A stretch of 53,411 nucleotides of DNA, taken from positions 1 through 53,411 of the forward strand of contig CAIVIS010000072.1 in assembly GCA_903906055.1 (NCBI GenBank), written 5' to 3'. Numbering within the stretch: the first letter of the stretch is position 1; each line of letters opens with the position of its first letter. This document shows positions 16,853-24,869 of the stretch, piece after piece. The notes under the pieces are model-generated. The model searched no databases, had not been told where the DNA came from, and was given only the letters and a program-made list of their open reading frames with translations. The translations under genes were made by a program, and so were the position numbers. The stretch is from an uncultured Acidimicrobiaceae bacterium. Lineage in GTDB: Bacteria > Actinomycetota > Acidimicrobiia > Acidimicrobiales > RAAP-2.

Positions 16853-18252
16853 CAGTGCAGCCCGAAGTCCGGGTCCACCCGCGTCGCGGGGTCGCACGAG
16901 TCGACTCGTTACTGCCCGGCCTCGGTCCACAGATCACCGTCGAGGCGGCTGTTGCCGGATTAGGCGATCCCCTGGGGCTCCTGCTGTCGGGTCCGCCGGC
17001 CGGTCCCGACGGCGAGGGACTGGAGAGCCACCTGGCCCGGTGGAGCGAGCTTCCCCCACTTGATGGGGCAGGGGTGCGAGCCCTGCTTCGGGCCAGCGCT
17101 CTGGATGGGCGGGGTGGTGGAGGCTTTCCCCTCGCCCGCAAGGTGGAGACGGCCATGCTGGCCGGAGGGCGCCCGGTACTGATCGTCAACGCCAGCGAGA
17201 GCGAGCCGGCCAGTCACAAGGACCGGACGCTGTGCAGCCAGCGGCCCCACCTCGTTCTCGACGGTGCCGCATTGGTGGCCGTGGCCCTAGGGATCGACGA
17301 GGTGGTGATCCATCTCCACCGTGCTCTGGGTTCGCCGGTCCGGGTGCTCGAGGCCGCCATGGCCGAGCGCCAAGGACGCTCCATTGCCGATCCACGGTGG
17401 AGTATTTCGACTGGACCTGACCGGTATGTATCCGGTGAGTCCTCTGCCGTTGCCCGATACGTCGCCGGCGGTGAAGCTCGGCCCCTGTTCACCACGATCC
17501 CGTTGGCCGCTGAGGGCCCATCTGGTCGGCCGACAGTGATCAGCAACGCCGAGACCGTGGCGCATCTCTCGGTGATCGCTCGCATGGGTCCGGACGCCTG
17601 GAGCGGGCTCGGCACGGCGAGCTCCCCTGGGCCTCGCTTGGTAACACTCACCGGAGCGGTAAACAGCCCAGGGCGCGTGCTCGAGGTATCAGGTCCAGCC
17701 ACTCTTGGAGAGATCTTGGCCACCGACGGCATGTCCACTCGCCCGGCCGCCGTGCTGGTCGGTGGCTTCGCCGGTACCTGGTTGCTCGGGGATGATGCCT
17801 GGCAGACTCCGTTCTCACGCGATGCGCTGGCCGCCGTCGGCGTCCAACCCGGGTGCGGACTCCTCGGTGTACTCCCCCACGGTGCCTGCGGACTGACCGA
17901 GACGGCTCGCATCGTCCGATACTTGGCTGGTGAGTCAGCTGGTCAGTGCGGAACCTGCGTAGCCGGACTTCCTCGGCTGGCCGACTCGTGCGAGTCGCTA
18001 GCGGCTGGGACGTTCCGCAAGCGTGGTGTGCGCAAGATGTCCGCTCTGGCCGACACCGTGCTGGGCAGTGGAGCCTGCGGCCACCCTGATGCGGTGGTCC
18101 GGCTCATCCGATCGACATTGGATGTATTCGAGGACGACGTGGTGCGCCACCTCGCGGGCCACGCTTGCCGAGCCGCCGATCATCCTCCCGTGTTCGCCGT
18201 ACCGGAACCGGTGCTCGCCATCGGGCGTGACGACACTCGGGAGTGGACATGA
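16849..18252 (+). CDS. NuoF/RnfC-like NADH-binding FMN and 4Fe-4S flavoprotein
   Basis: GRGGGGFPLARK, VNASESEPASHKDR, YVSGESSAV, ISNAETVAHL and ESAGQCGTCVAG align with NuoF (51-kDa subunit) motifs. The ATG overlaps the upstream stop (ATGA at 16849). Confidence 0.8.
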   Translation: MTVQPEVRVHPRRGVARVDSLLPGLGPQITVEAAVAGLGDPLGLLLSGPPAGPDGEGLESHLARWSELPPLDGAGVRALLRASALDGRGGGGFPLARKVETAMLAGGRPVLIVNASESEPASHKDRTLCSQRPHLVLDGAALVAVALGIDEVVIHLHRALGSPVRVLEAAMAERQGRSIADPRWSISTGPDRYVSGESSAVARYVAGGEARPLFTTIPLAAEGPSGRPTVISNAETVAHLSVIARMGPDAWSGLGTASSPGPRLVTLTGAVNSPGRVLEVSGPATLGEILATDGMSTRPAAVLVGGFAGTWLLGDDAWQTPFSRDALAAVGVQPGCGLLGVLPHGACGLTETARIVRYLAGESAGQCGTCVAGLPRLADSCESLAAGTFRKRGVRKMSALADTVLGSGACGHPDAVVRLIRSTLDVFEDDVVRHLAGHACRAADHPPVFAVPEPVLAIGRDDTREWT

Positions 18253-18512
18253 CCGCCCAGATACGGATCGACCCGACCCTGTGCCGTGGGCACGCCATCT
18301 GTGCCTTGTTCTTTTCTGATGCGGTGGATCTCGATCAGTGGGGATTTGGCAAGGTGGCCGTGTCGGTGATCGACTCGGAACGCGACCTGCGACGGGCCCG
18401 TCGGGCGGCGGCGGCCTGCCCGAACGGGGCATTCGTGGTCACCGGCGCCGATGGATCCGTCGACAACGGGGCACGGCGCCCACGGCGTCTGCGAGTGCGC
18501 GCCGCACGCTGA
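18243..18512 (+). CDS. Small ferredoxin (single-cluster Cx5C...CP type) with a basic C-terminal tail
   Basis: IDPTLCRGHAIC ... AAACPNGAF pattern. The start is GTG 18243 or ATG 18249; both overlap the upstream stop at 18250-18252. Confidence 0.7.
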   Translation: MDMTAQIRIDPTLCRGHAICALFFSDAVDLDQWGFGKVAVSVIDSERDLRRARRAAAACPNGAFVVTGADGSVDNGARRPRRLRVRAAR

Positions 18513-18537
18513 ACGCTGAACGCTGAACACTGAACGC
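18507..18537. repeat. Heptanucleotide tandem repeat (cgctgaa) x4, one variant
   Basis: Units at 18507, 18514, 18521 and 18528 (the last is cactgaa). The first unit contains the ferredoxin stop codon. Confidence 0.9.
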
Positions 18538-18726
18538 CCGACGTTCCCCATGATCGCAATGAGATCGGGCACCCCTCCTGGCAGACGACCCCTTGCCATC
18601 CAGCGGCGCCCGTGGTGGACTGTGGTCGCAGTTTGAGGTCGGAAGCTCGACCCACTGCCATCGGTGCCACCGCACGACTCTGAGCCCCCGCTCACCCCAG
18701 TCCCCCGTCATCGACGAGGAGTCTCC

Positions 18727-19653
18727 GTGAGCAAGTTGGTAGGTGCCGCTGCATTCCTGGTGATCGTGTTGTCATTGACCGTGGCCATCCTGGCCGCCGC
18801 CGTGACCGGTGGGCTCGCGGGTTCCTCACCCAGTGCCGCACCCGACCCGAGCGCTACGACAACTTCGGGCGCAACCGGCCAAGTGGCCGATCTTCCTCCC
18901 GGTTGGCAAGCCATGGAGGTGGCAGCGGCAGCCACCTGTCCTGGGCTGCCGTGGTCGGTACTGGCCGCCATCGGAGCACTCGAGTCCGATAGCGGCCGCT
19001 CGACGTCCCCAGGCGTCTCCTCGGGCGCCAACGCTGCTGGTGCCGAAGGCCCCATGCAGTTCGAGCCAGCCACCTTTGCCGCCTACGCCACCGTCGGGCC
19101 CGGTGGCGCGTCACCAGCCAACCCGTACGACCCGATCGACGCCGTCTATTCCGCGGCCACCATGCTGTGTGCTGACGGCGCCGGCACCACCTCGGGACTG
19201 CGCAATGCCGTATTCGCCTACAACCACGACCGGTCCTATGTGGACAGAGTGCTGGCGCTCTCCCTGGTGTTCGCCGACGATCCATCCGTGGACCGTGCCG
19301 TCGTGGCCGCCATCGGGTTTGCCGCCGGCCAGTTGGGCAAACCCTATCGATGGGGCGGCAACGGACCAGACGGGTTCGACTGCTCCGGACTCACGCTGGC
19401 TGCATTTCGAGCAGCTGGTACCGCGCTCCCTCGGGTGGCTCAGGATCAGTTCGGCCGAGGGCCTGCGGTAGTCGGCGGAGATGCAGTCCGACCAGGCGAT
19501 CTGCTCTTCTTCGGCACAGGGCCAGCCGGGGTGGATCACGTAGGTATCTACGTTGGTTCGGGCCTGATGCTCGACGCACCCCACACCGGGGCCGTGGTGC
19601 GAGTGGAACCGGCGGGCTGGGAGGGATTCGTGGGTGCCACCCGACCGGGCTGA
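18727..19653 (+). CDS. Secreted cell-wall hydrolase: lytic-transglycosylase-like N-domain fused to an NlpC/P60 endopeptidase domain
   Basis: GAGGAG at 18714-18719 precedes GTG 18727. TM/signal segment LVGAAAFLVIVLSLTVAILAAAV. SLT-like block WSVLAAIGALESDSG...GPMQFEPATF. NlpC/P60 block YRWGGNGPDGFDCSGL...GDLLFFG...DHVGIYVG. Confidence 0.8.
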   Translation: MSKLVGAAAFLVIVLSLTVAILAAAVTGGLAGSSPSAAPDPSATTTSGATGQVADLPPGWQAMEVAAAATCPGLPWSVLAAIGALESDSGRSTSPGVSSGANAAGAEGPMQFEPATFAAYATVGPGGASPANPYDPIDAVYSAATMLCADGAGTTSGLRNAVFAYNHDRSYVDRVLALSLVFADDPSVDRAVVAAIGFAAGQLGKPYRWGGNGPDGFDCSGLTLAAFRAAGTALPRVAQDQFGRGPAVVGGDAVRPGDLLFFGTGPAGVDHVGIYVGSGLMLDAPHTGAVVRVEPAGWEGFVGATRPG

Positions 19654-19656
19654 CGG

Positions 19657-19691
19657 CGTCGGGCCGGGACTCCCATGAGTCCGGCCCGACG
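19657..19691. terminator. Strong GC-rich hairpin between convergent genes (candidate bidirectional terminator)
   Basis: cgtcgggccgggactc / ccat / gagtccggcccgacg: a 15-bp stem with one bulged G and a 4-nt loop. There is no clear U-tract. Confidence 0.6.
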
Positions 19692-19731
19692 AGTCAGTGG
19701 TTAGACAGCAACTGCATTGAGAATCCGCCGA

Positions 19732-21303
19732 CTACGAGCCGTCCGCCCCCTCCGAAGGGTGGCTGGCTCGAGGAGCGACCAGCGAGAGCGTGCCCATCTC
19801 GCCTTCCCAGAAGACGTTGCCATTGTAGAACGGCTGGATCTGGGTGCCCTGTGTCATGGCTGGCAACTGCGCCGATGTGGCCAGCACTGCTCCAGTGGCC
19901 GCGCTACGCCAGACGATGCTGTCGGTGGAGTTGGCCCCAGGCGTCTGCGATGTCGGGATGTCAGTGGTCACGAGCACCCGGTGCTCCGGTGAGCCGATCA
20001 GCAGCATGAACTCCGTGGTGGTGTCCGGCATCGACCAGACGACACTCAGGGATGGCTTGCCTTTGGTCACCGTGAGCTTCAAGGCGTCGACGAGGCGGGC
20101 AGCCGTGTCAAAGACGTAGATACGGCCCGTGGACACGTCGGCGGATACCGCGGCCGGAGCCCAACTGGTGGCACCCAGGGCTGCCGCATAGGTCGGATCG
20201 ATCGGGATGTTGGCGAACGGCTGCAGGCTTGCCGCAACGGAACCATCGGCCTGGCTGATCGCCGTCACCGTCAAGGGAACGTGGGACCTGAGCGAGTTGT
20301 TCTGGATGACCATCCAGTTTCCGAAGACCCCGAGAGATGTCGTGGCGGACTCTCCGGCGATCGGATTCACATTGGCCGCTTTCCACGACGTGTCGAAGGT
20401 GAACTGTCCGGTCGACGAGATGCTGTAGCGCACCGGATAGGCGTCACCATAGAAACTGCCTTCGACCAGGTAGTAGTAAGTCTTCCCGTTGAACTGCGCG
20501 ATCGTCGGCCGAGCACCGGCGGGCTGGGTCAACTGCACTGTGTCATCCACGGTCATGGTGCTGGAGTTGACCGACACGATGACCGAAGGGGGCACCGGTC
20601 CTGAGCACGACAGTGCATTCGGACCCTGCTTGGTGCAGCCGGCGGTCCGGTAGAGCGACTTCAAGATGATGGTTCCGTTCGGTGTGGCATCGAATCCGTT
20701 GAACGAGGTGTCCGTAGCCGCTGCTCCCGGGTGAGGGAGTTCGAGGGTGGCGAGCACCGCACCAGTACCGGGGTTCACCTTGGCCAACTTGTCGCTGTAT
20801 GTGACGTAGATGTTGCCATCCTTGAGCAGGCCCATGACCCCGGGGTAGTCCCAGGTGCCCGCATCAGGGCCAGTGGTGATGTTCATCAACTGCGTGTACC
20901 AGATGGGCTGCAACGTCGTCGGGTCGACCTGGGCCACGAAGGCACCGATCGAGCCCGGGACGTCGCCGTAGCTTCCGCCGTAGATGTACACATGTTGAGC
21001 GTCCTTGTAGACCATGTTGTAGGCCGACGGGTACTGGTGTTCAGGTGATGACTGACTCGTCACCGTGTTGGCGCGATGCTCGGATCCACCGAAGTAGGCG
21101 TCGGAGAAGACGTGCGACCGCCCCGAGTCAAATGACTCGAAGGCATTCAACGACGGAAACCACGGTGCGTTGCTGTTGCTGTGCTGAGGACTGGGCGTGG
21201 CCGACGCAGATCCCGGCGAAGAGGAGATGGATACAGCGACGACCAAGGTCGACGCCAAAAAGGTGCCAAGCGCCACCGCTACGGCCTTGCGAGAACGAAT
21301 CAT
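19732..21303 (-). CDS. Secreted hypothetical protein (523 aa), family not recognised
   Basis: Signal peptide MIRSRKAVAVALGTFLASTLVVAVSISSSPGSASA. Long ORF with coding-type GC3 bias, rich in Gly/Tyr/Thr beta-strand-like segments. I could not assign a diagnostic motif. Confidence 0.65.
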   Translation of the reverse strand: MIRSRKAVAVALGTFLASTLVVAVSISSSPGSASATPSPQHSNSNAPWFPSLNAFESFDSGRSHVFSDAYFGGSEHRANTVTSQSSPEHQYPSAYNMVYKDAQHVYIYGGSYGDVPGSIGAFVAQVDPTTLQPIWYTQLMNITTGPDAGTWDYPGVMGLLKDGNIYVTYSDKLAKVNPGTGAVLATLELPHPGAAATDTSFNGFDATPNGTIILKSLYRTAGCTKQGPNALSCSGPVPPSVIVSVNSSTMTVDDTVQLTQPAGARPTIAQFNGKTYYYLVEGSFYGDAYPVRYSISSTGQFTFDTSWKAANVNPIAGESATTSLGVFGNWMVIQNNSLRSHVPLTVTAISQADGSVAASLQPFANIPIDPTYAAALGATSWAPAAVSADVSTGRIYVFDTAARLVDALKLTVTKGKPSLSVVWSMPDTTTEFMLLIGSPEHRVLVTTDIPTSQTPGANSTDSIVWRSAATGAVLATSAQLPAMTQGTQIQPFYNGNVFWEGEMGTLSLVAPRASHPSEGADGS

Positions 21304-21876
21304 GAAATGCCCCCTATTTCAGTTGGTGTCGACCGATCACCCCGCTGGGCGAATGATCCGAACAGATGTCTGACCAGCCTCTCGGCACGATCTTCACATC
21401 CGTCAACTGTTTTAGGGTAACCCAACAATTCTCATTTCACAACTGCATTTGGTTAGCCAGATGGGCCACACCTCTGTTCGAGCAGGTCTTGCCCAAGGTG
21501 CAAATGACCGCCTTGGACGCCGCGGACCTTCGGGTCTGTGCCGAGTTCTTGGTCCCGTGCAATGCCTGCAGGAAACAACTGCGTCGAAAGTGGGTGTGGC
21601 GGAGTCCCCATGCCTTCGAGTCACAGGTGACAGGACCACCGACCTAGGTGATGAACGTGGGTTCCTTTCACAACTGAGCGTCGACGCACCTAGTCCTCGA
21701 GGGAAGCGACGTCTGGAGTTGCCCTTCAGCTTCGAAATCGCGGCCGCGTGGGTACTTCGACACCTGGTCCGAGTGCTCCAGGCTGAGCTGACGACGATCA
21801 CGGTCAAATCGGGTTCGACCAGAACATCCGATACACCCTCGGTCGCCGATGACTCTGCCGCGTGCGCTGCTGCAGT

Positions 21877-21907
21877 AAGGCCGGCCGATCGACCCGATGC
21901 CGGCCTT
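21877..21907 (-). terminator. Hairpin 10 nt downstream of the GH43 gene stop
   Basis: aaggccggc(cg)atcg-acc-cgat-gccggcctt: 13 paired positions with a 2-nt bulge. There is no U-tract. Confidence 0.5.
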
Positions 21908-21917
21908 CAGGGGACGA

Positions 21918-23462
21918 TCAGGAATCGAGTGCGCTCCCGATTACTTTCAATGCCTGCGCCGTCATGTTCGGACAGAGATACTCGGTGCCCGCCACAATGG
22001 CCACGTAGACGTCGAACGCACTCAACGGGTCCTTGGCCAACGAGTCGACGATCTGCTGGGCGGTCGACCCTGCCGCCAGCGCCGCGCACGTCTGGTCACC
22101 GAGGGCCAGCAGTGTGGCTCGGTCCAAATCGGCAGCGCCGTCCGGTGAGCGCTTCACCAGGGCCACGAACGCATCCTTGGGGTCGGCTGGCAGCGACGTG
22201 TCGCCGTAGTAGACGATGGCTTGCGCCACGGCTGCCGCCGGCACCCCGGTGGCCAACCTCGGCAGCTGTCCGGCTGGGAATGTCAACAGGTGGACGTAGA
22301 GGCGCCGCTGAGCACTGTTGCCCTCTTGCCCGGGGGCAAGGGCGTGGTTGACCATCCACACCAGCGGACCGGTCTGGTAGAACTCCTGACCACCTGGCCC
22401 TTGAACCGGCGTCCCGTCGCCCCCTCTGACCCACGCATGGTCGAGGGGCTTGGTGCACGGCCCCGAAATGCTGGCGCACTTGGCGATCCCGATGGCGTAG
22501 TCAGCGAAACCCCACTGGTTGGCCGAGTAGAACAGCCAGTAGGTACTGCCCTCCTTGACCATGGAAGGACCCTCTACCAATCCGCCCTCCCACTTCTGGG
22601 TGGCCCCTATGAGCCGCCGGGCGGGACCGGCGACTGACAGCCCGTCCGATGTGAGTGGCTGGATGGAGATCGAGGTCGCCTTGTCACAGCAGTTCCCATC
22701 GGACTTCCACAGGAGCCACGGGGTGCCTCGGTCATCGATGACCACACTCGGATCGATGGCACCGCCTTGTCGGATCGGACAGATGAAGGGAGCCGACGAG
22801 TCATCGACGAACGGCCCGGCCGGGCTGCTACTGGTAGCTCGTGAGATGCACTGCCCATTGGTCCATCCCTGCAGGGTGGTGCTGACGCAGTACTGGCTCC
22901 GGGGCTCGGCCATGCAGTGGATGGGATTGGTCGCCGGGGTCGAGTAGTAGAGGACGTAGGTGCCACCGGGTCGAGCCCAGACTGATGGAGCCCACTGGAA
23001 TCCTGGGACCGTCCATGACGGCACCTTGGGAAGCACATCACCGATGTACTCGCCGGCGAACCCGCTGCTACGGCTGAGTGAGATGGCCGGGATGTGTGCT
23101 CCGCGTTTCCCGGCCCCGGGCTGCGTCGACGAAGCGTACAGATAGAGGCCGCTGGAGAACGAAAGTGCGGATGGATCGGCGAAGTCCCCGTTGAAGATCG
23201 GCTCATCACCCAAGAGACCTTGGAGGACATCGAGGTGTACGCGATCGGAACTGGCACTGGCCCGGATCGGCCCCTTGGTCGCCTCCTGTCCGACAGTCAC
23301 GGCAGGCTGACCCGACCGGGCCGGCGTCGGGATGGTCCCCAGCGGATCAGCTACCGGGGATGTCGAAGTGCTGCATCCACCCAACACCACCGTGGCCAGC
23401 AATACCGTCAGCAACGGGGTCAAGGCCCCCAGGCACCGAGGCAGGAGGCGGTTCGCCATCAT
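21918..23462 (-). CDS. Lipoprotein glycoside hydrolase family 43 with a C-terminal DUF732-like domain
   Basis: Lipobox LATVVLGG-C after MMANRLLPRCLGALTPLL. GH43 blocks WAPSVWARPGGTYVLYYS, IDPSVVIDDRGTPWLLWKSDGN and EGPSMVKEGSTYWLFYSANQW. The C-terminal GDQTCAAL...GTEYLCPNM is a two-Cys DUF732-like pattern. The track ORF extends to 23771, but that extension has no signal peptide and overlaps the divergent gene. Confidence 0.8.
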   Translation of the reverse strand: MMANRLLPRCLGALTPLLTVLLATVVLGGCSTSTSPVADPLGTIPTPARSGQPAVTVGQEATKGPIRASASSDRVHLDVLQGLLGDEPIFNGDFADPSALSFSSGLYLYASSTQPGAGKRGAHIPAISLSRSSGFAGEYIGDVLPKVPSWTVPGFQWAPSVWARPGGTYVLYYSTPATNPIHCMAEPRSQYCVSTTLQGWTNGQCISRATSSSPAGPFVDDSSAPFICPIRQGGAIDPSVVIDDRGTPWLLWKSDGNCCDKATSISIQPLTSDGLSVAGPARRLIGATQKWEGGLVEGPSMVKEGSTYWLFYSANQWGFADYAIGIAKCASISGPCTKPLDHAWVRGGDGTPVQGPGGQEFYQTGPLVWMVNHALAPGQEGNSAQRRLYVHLLTFPAGQLPRLATGVPAAAVAQAIVYYGDTSLPADPKDAFVALVKRSPDGAADLDRATLLALGDQTCAALAAGSTAQQIVDSLAKDPLSAFDVYVAIVAGTEYLCPNMTAQALKVIGSALDS

Positions 23463-23652
23463 GCCGTGCACGTTCTGTTCATCCACGAGCGAGTCACCGC
23501 CAGATACTAGAGAGGATCTCCTGTATGCGTTCGGCACCCGCGCCCTTACTTTCCGCTCCTCGAGTGGGCTCGGTATCGAAGCCACCAGCCTTGCGTCCGG
23601 TGCTCCGGGGTGTAGATACCCTTTTGCTGCATCGCCATGGGACGATGGCGAT

Positions 23653-24120
23653 GTGTATTCCCACGCCGTCAGACAGGTCAGGTGCCTCATCGTGGGAACT
23701 GTCTTGACTGTTTCGGTGGTAGCCCTAGCTGCCTGCGGGTCCACGACCTCCGCTTCGACCACCACTACCACCGATGCTCCCCCGTCGTCGGGGTCTGCCT
23801 ACGTGCGCTGCGGTGTCGTGGCCAGCGCCGGGGTGGTCGTCAGCCCGGGCACCGAGCCGTGCACGGCAGTGATGGACTCAGGGGTCACGGCGCATATTGA
23901 ATTGAGCCGGGGATTCACCTGGAACGACCCTGTCAGCGACACCGGCACCGTGCGGGTGTCGTCGATCACACGTCCCGCCGATGGTGGACTCCGTGCCGAG
24001 ATCTTGGCCGTCCACACGGGGCGGGCGACCGTGACCGCCTCTGGTGGAATCGCTTGTGATCCGGGCAAGGCATGTCCCGCCCTGGCCCGGGTCTGGACCC
24101 TGTTCGTCGAGGTCCGCTAG
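23653..24120 (+). CDS. Small lipoprotein, hypothetical
   Basis: GTG 23653 gives MYSHAVRQVRCLIVGTVLTVSVVALAA-C (lipobox), then a Thr-rich linker and a roughly 110-aa Cys-containing domain. The upstream part of the track ORF overlaps the GH43 gene. Confidence 0.55.
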   Translation: MYSHAVRQVRCLIVGTVLTVSVVALAACGSTTSASTTTTTDAPPSSGSAYVRCGVVASAGVVVSPGTEPCTAVMDSGVTAHIELSRGFTWNDPVSDTGTVRVSSITRPADGGLRAEILAVHTGRATVTASGGIACDPGKACPALARVWTLFVEVR

Positions 24121-24123
24121 CCA

Positions 24124-24147
24124 GGTACCGGGTACCGGGTACCGGGT
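24124..24147. repeat. Heptanucleotide tandem repeat (ggtaccg) x3.4
   Basis: Units at 24124, 24131 and 24138, plus a partial unit. The repeat starts 4 nt after the lipoprotein stop. Each unit carries a GGTACC palindrome. Confidence 0.9.
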
Positions 24148-24209
24148 GCTAAGCCTCTCAGGCGGGGCTTTTGCCTCTGGTGGGCAGCAGCACGCAGCGC
24201 GACCATCAG

Positions 24210-24869
24210 ATGGTGGCGAAGTTAGCGACCGGAGACGCTGATATTGATGCGCTCTACACGGCCCGTCAAGGACGGGTGGAGTTCGTCGATGTCCCCCAGT
24301 TCGCCTTTGTCGTGGTGGACGGCGAGGGTGGCCCAGGCGGTCCGGCTTTCGACCAGGCCATCCGCACGCTTTACTCCGTGAGTTACATCGCCCACTTCGC
24401 CGTGAAGGCATCCGAGGGCCGCGCCCCCCGAGTCATGCCGCTCGAAGCCCTGTGGTGGGTGGAAGGTGCGGAGGCACTGGCGGTCATGAAGGACATAGCT
24501 GCTGGCCGGTCCTCCATGGATTCGGCCGACCTCAGCCACTGGCACTGGCGGGCGATGATCCTGCAGCTCGCACCCATCGACGAGGAACGCGTCCGCAGCG
24601 CCATCGACCAAGCACGCGCCAAGTCCGACCAGCCTGGCCTCGACCTGGCGTACTACCTGGAGTGGACCGAGGGGCCGAGCGCACAGATCCTCCACGTGGG
24701 CCCCTACGAGACCGAGCAGACCAGCGTGATGGCACTCCATGAGGCCATCGCCGATCATGGATATCGCCCACAGGGACGTCACCACGAGATCTACCTGGGC
24801 GACCCGCGCACCTCGGCACCGGAGCGGCTGCGGACCATCCTGCGTCAACCGGTCGAGTTGGCCTCCTGA
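24210..24869 (+). CDS. GyrI-like small-molecule-binding domain protein
   Basis: VEFVDVPQFAFVVVDGEG..., MPLEALWW and GPSAQILHVGPYETE...HHEIYLGDPRTSAPERLRTILRQPV match the GyrI-like family pattern. An alternative TTG start lies at 24171. Confidence 0.7.
   Translation: MVAKLATGDADIDALYTARQGRVEFVDVPQFAFVVVDGEGGPGGPAFDQAIRTLYSVSYIAHFAVKASEGRAPRVMPLEALWWVEGAEALAVMKDIAAGRSSMDSADLSHWHWRAMILQLAPIDEERVRSAIDQARAKSDQPGLDLAYYLEWTEGPSAQILHVGPYETEQTSVMALHEAIADHGYRPQGRHHEIYLGDPRTSAPERLRTILRQPVELAS

Noticed and set aside
18513-18726. Possible c-di-AMP (ydaO-type) riboswitch, which often precedes actinobacterial NlpC/P60 and Rpf hydrolase genes.
   Set aside because: No match by eye to the conserved GGGGACCCA / GGGGUGAAUCC / CCGACAGCUAACC blocks. 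This remains unverified without a covariance-model search.
21366-21647. 93-aa ORF (and the 131-aa minus ORF at 21412-21807) inside the 614-bp gap.
   Set aside because: They have no GC3 bias, no Shine-Dalgarno and no recognisable motif. I treat them as non-coding, although a small protein cannot be excluded.
21811-21820. gggttcgacc, a T-loop-like string that could mark a tRNA in the long non-coding region.
   Set aside because: The flanks cannot form a T-stem, acceptor stem or anticodon arm. No tRNA-like cloverleaf can be drawn.
23463-23771. N-terminal extension of the GH43 ORF. The same applies to the permease ORF extension at 27176-27406.
   Set aside because: The extensions lack export signals and precede much better start contexts (signal peptide or first TM right after an internal ATG). 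They also overlap other candidate coding or regulatory sequence.
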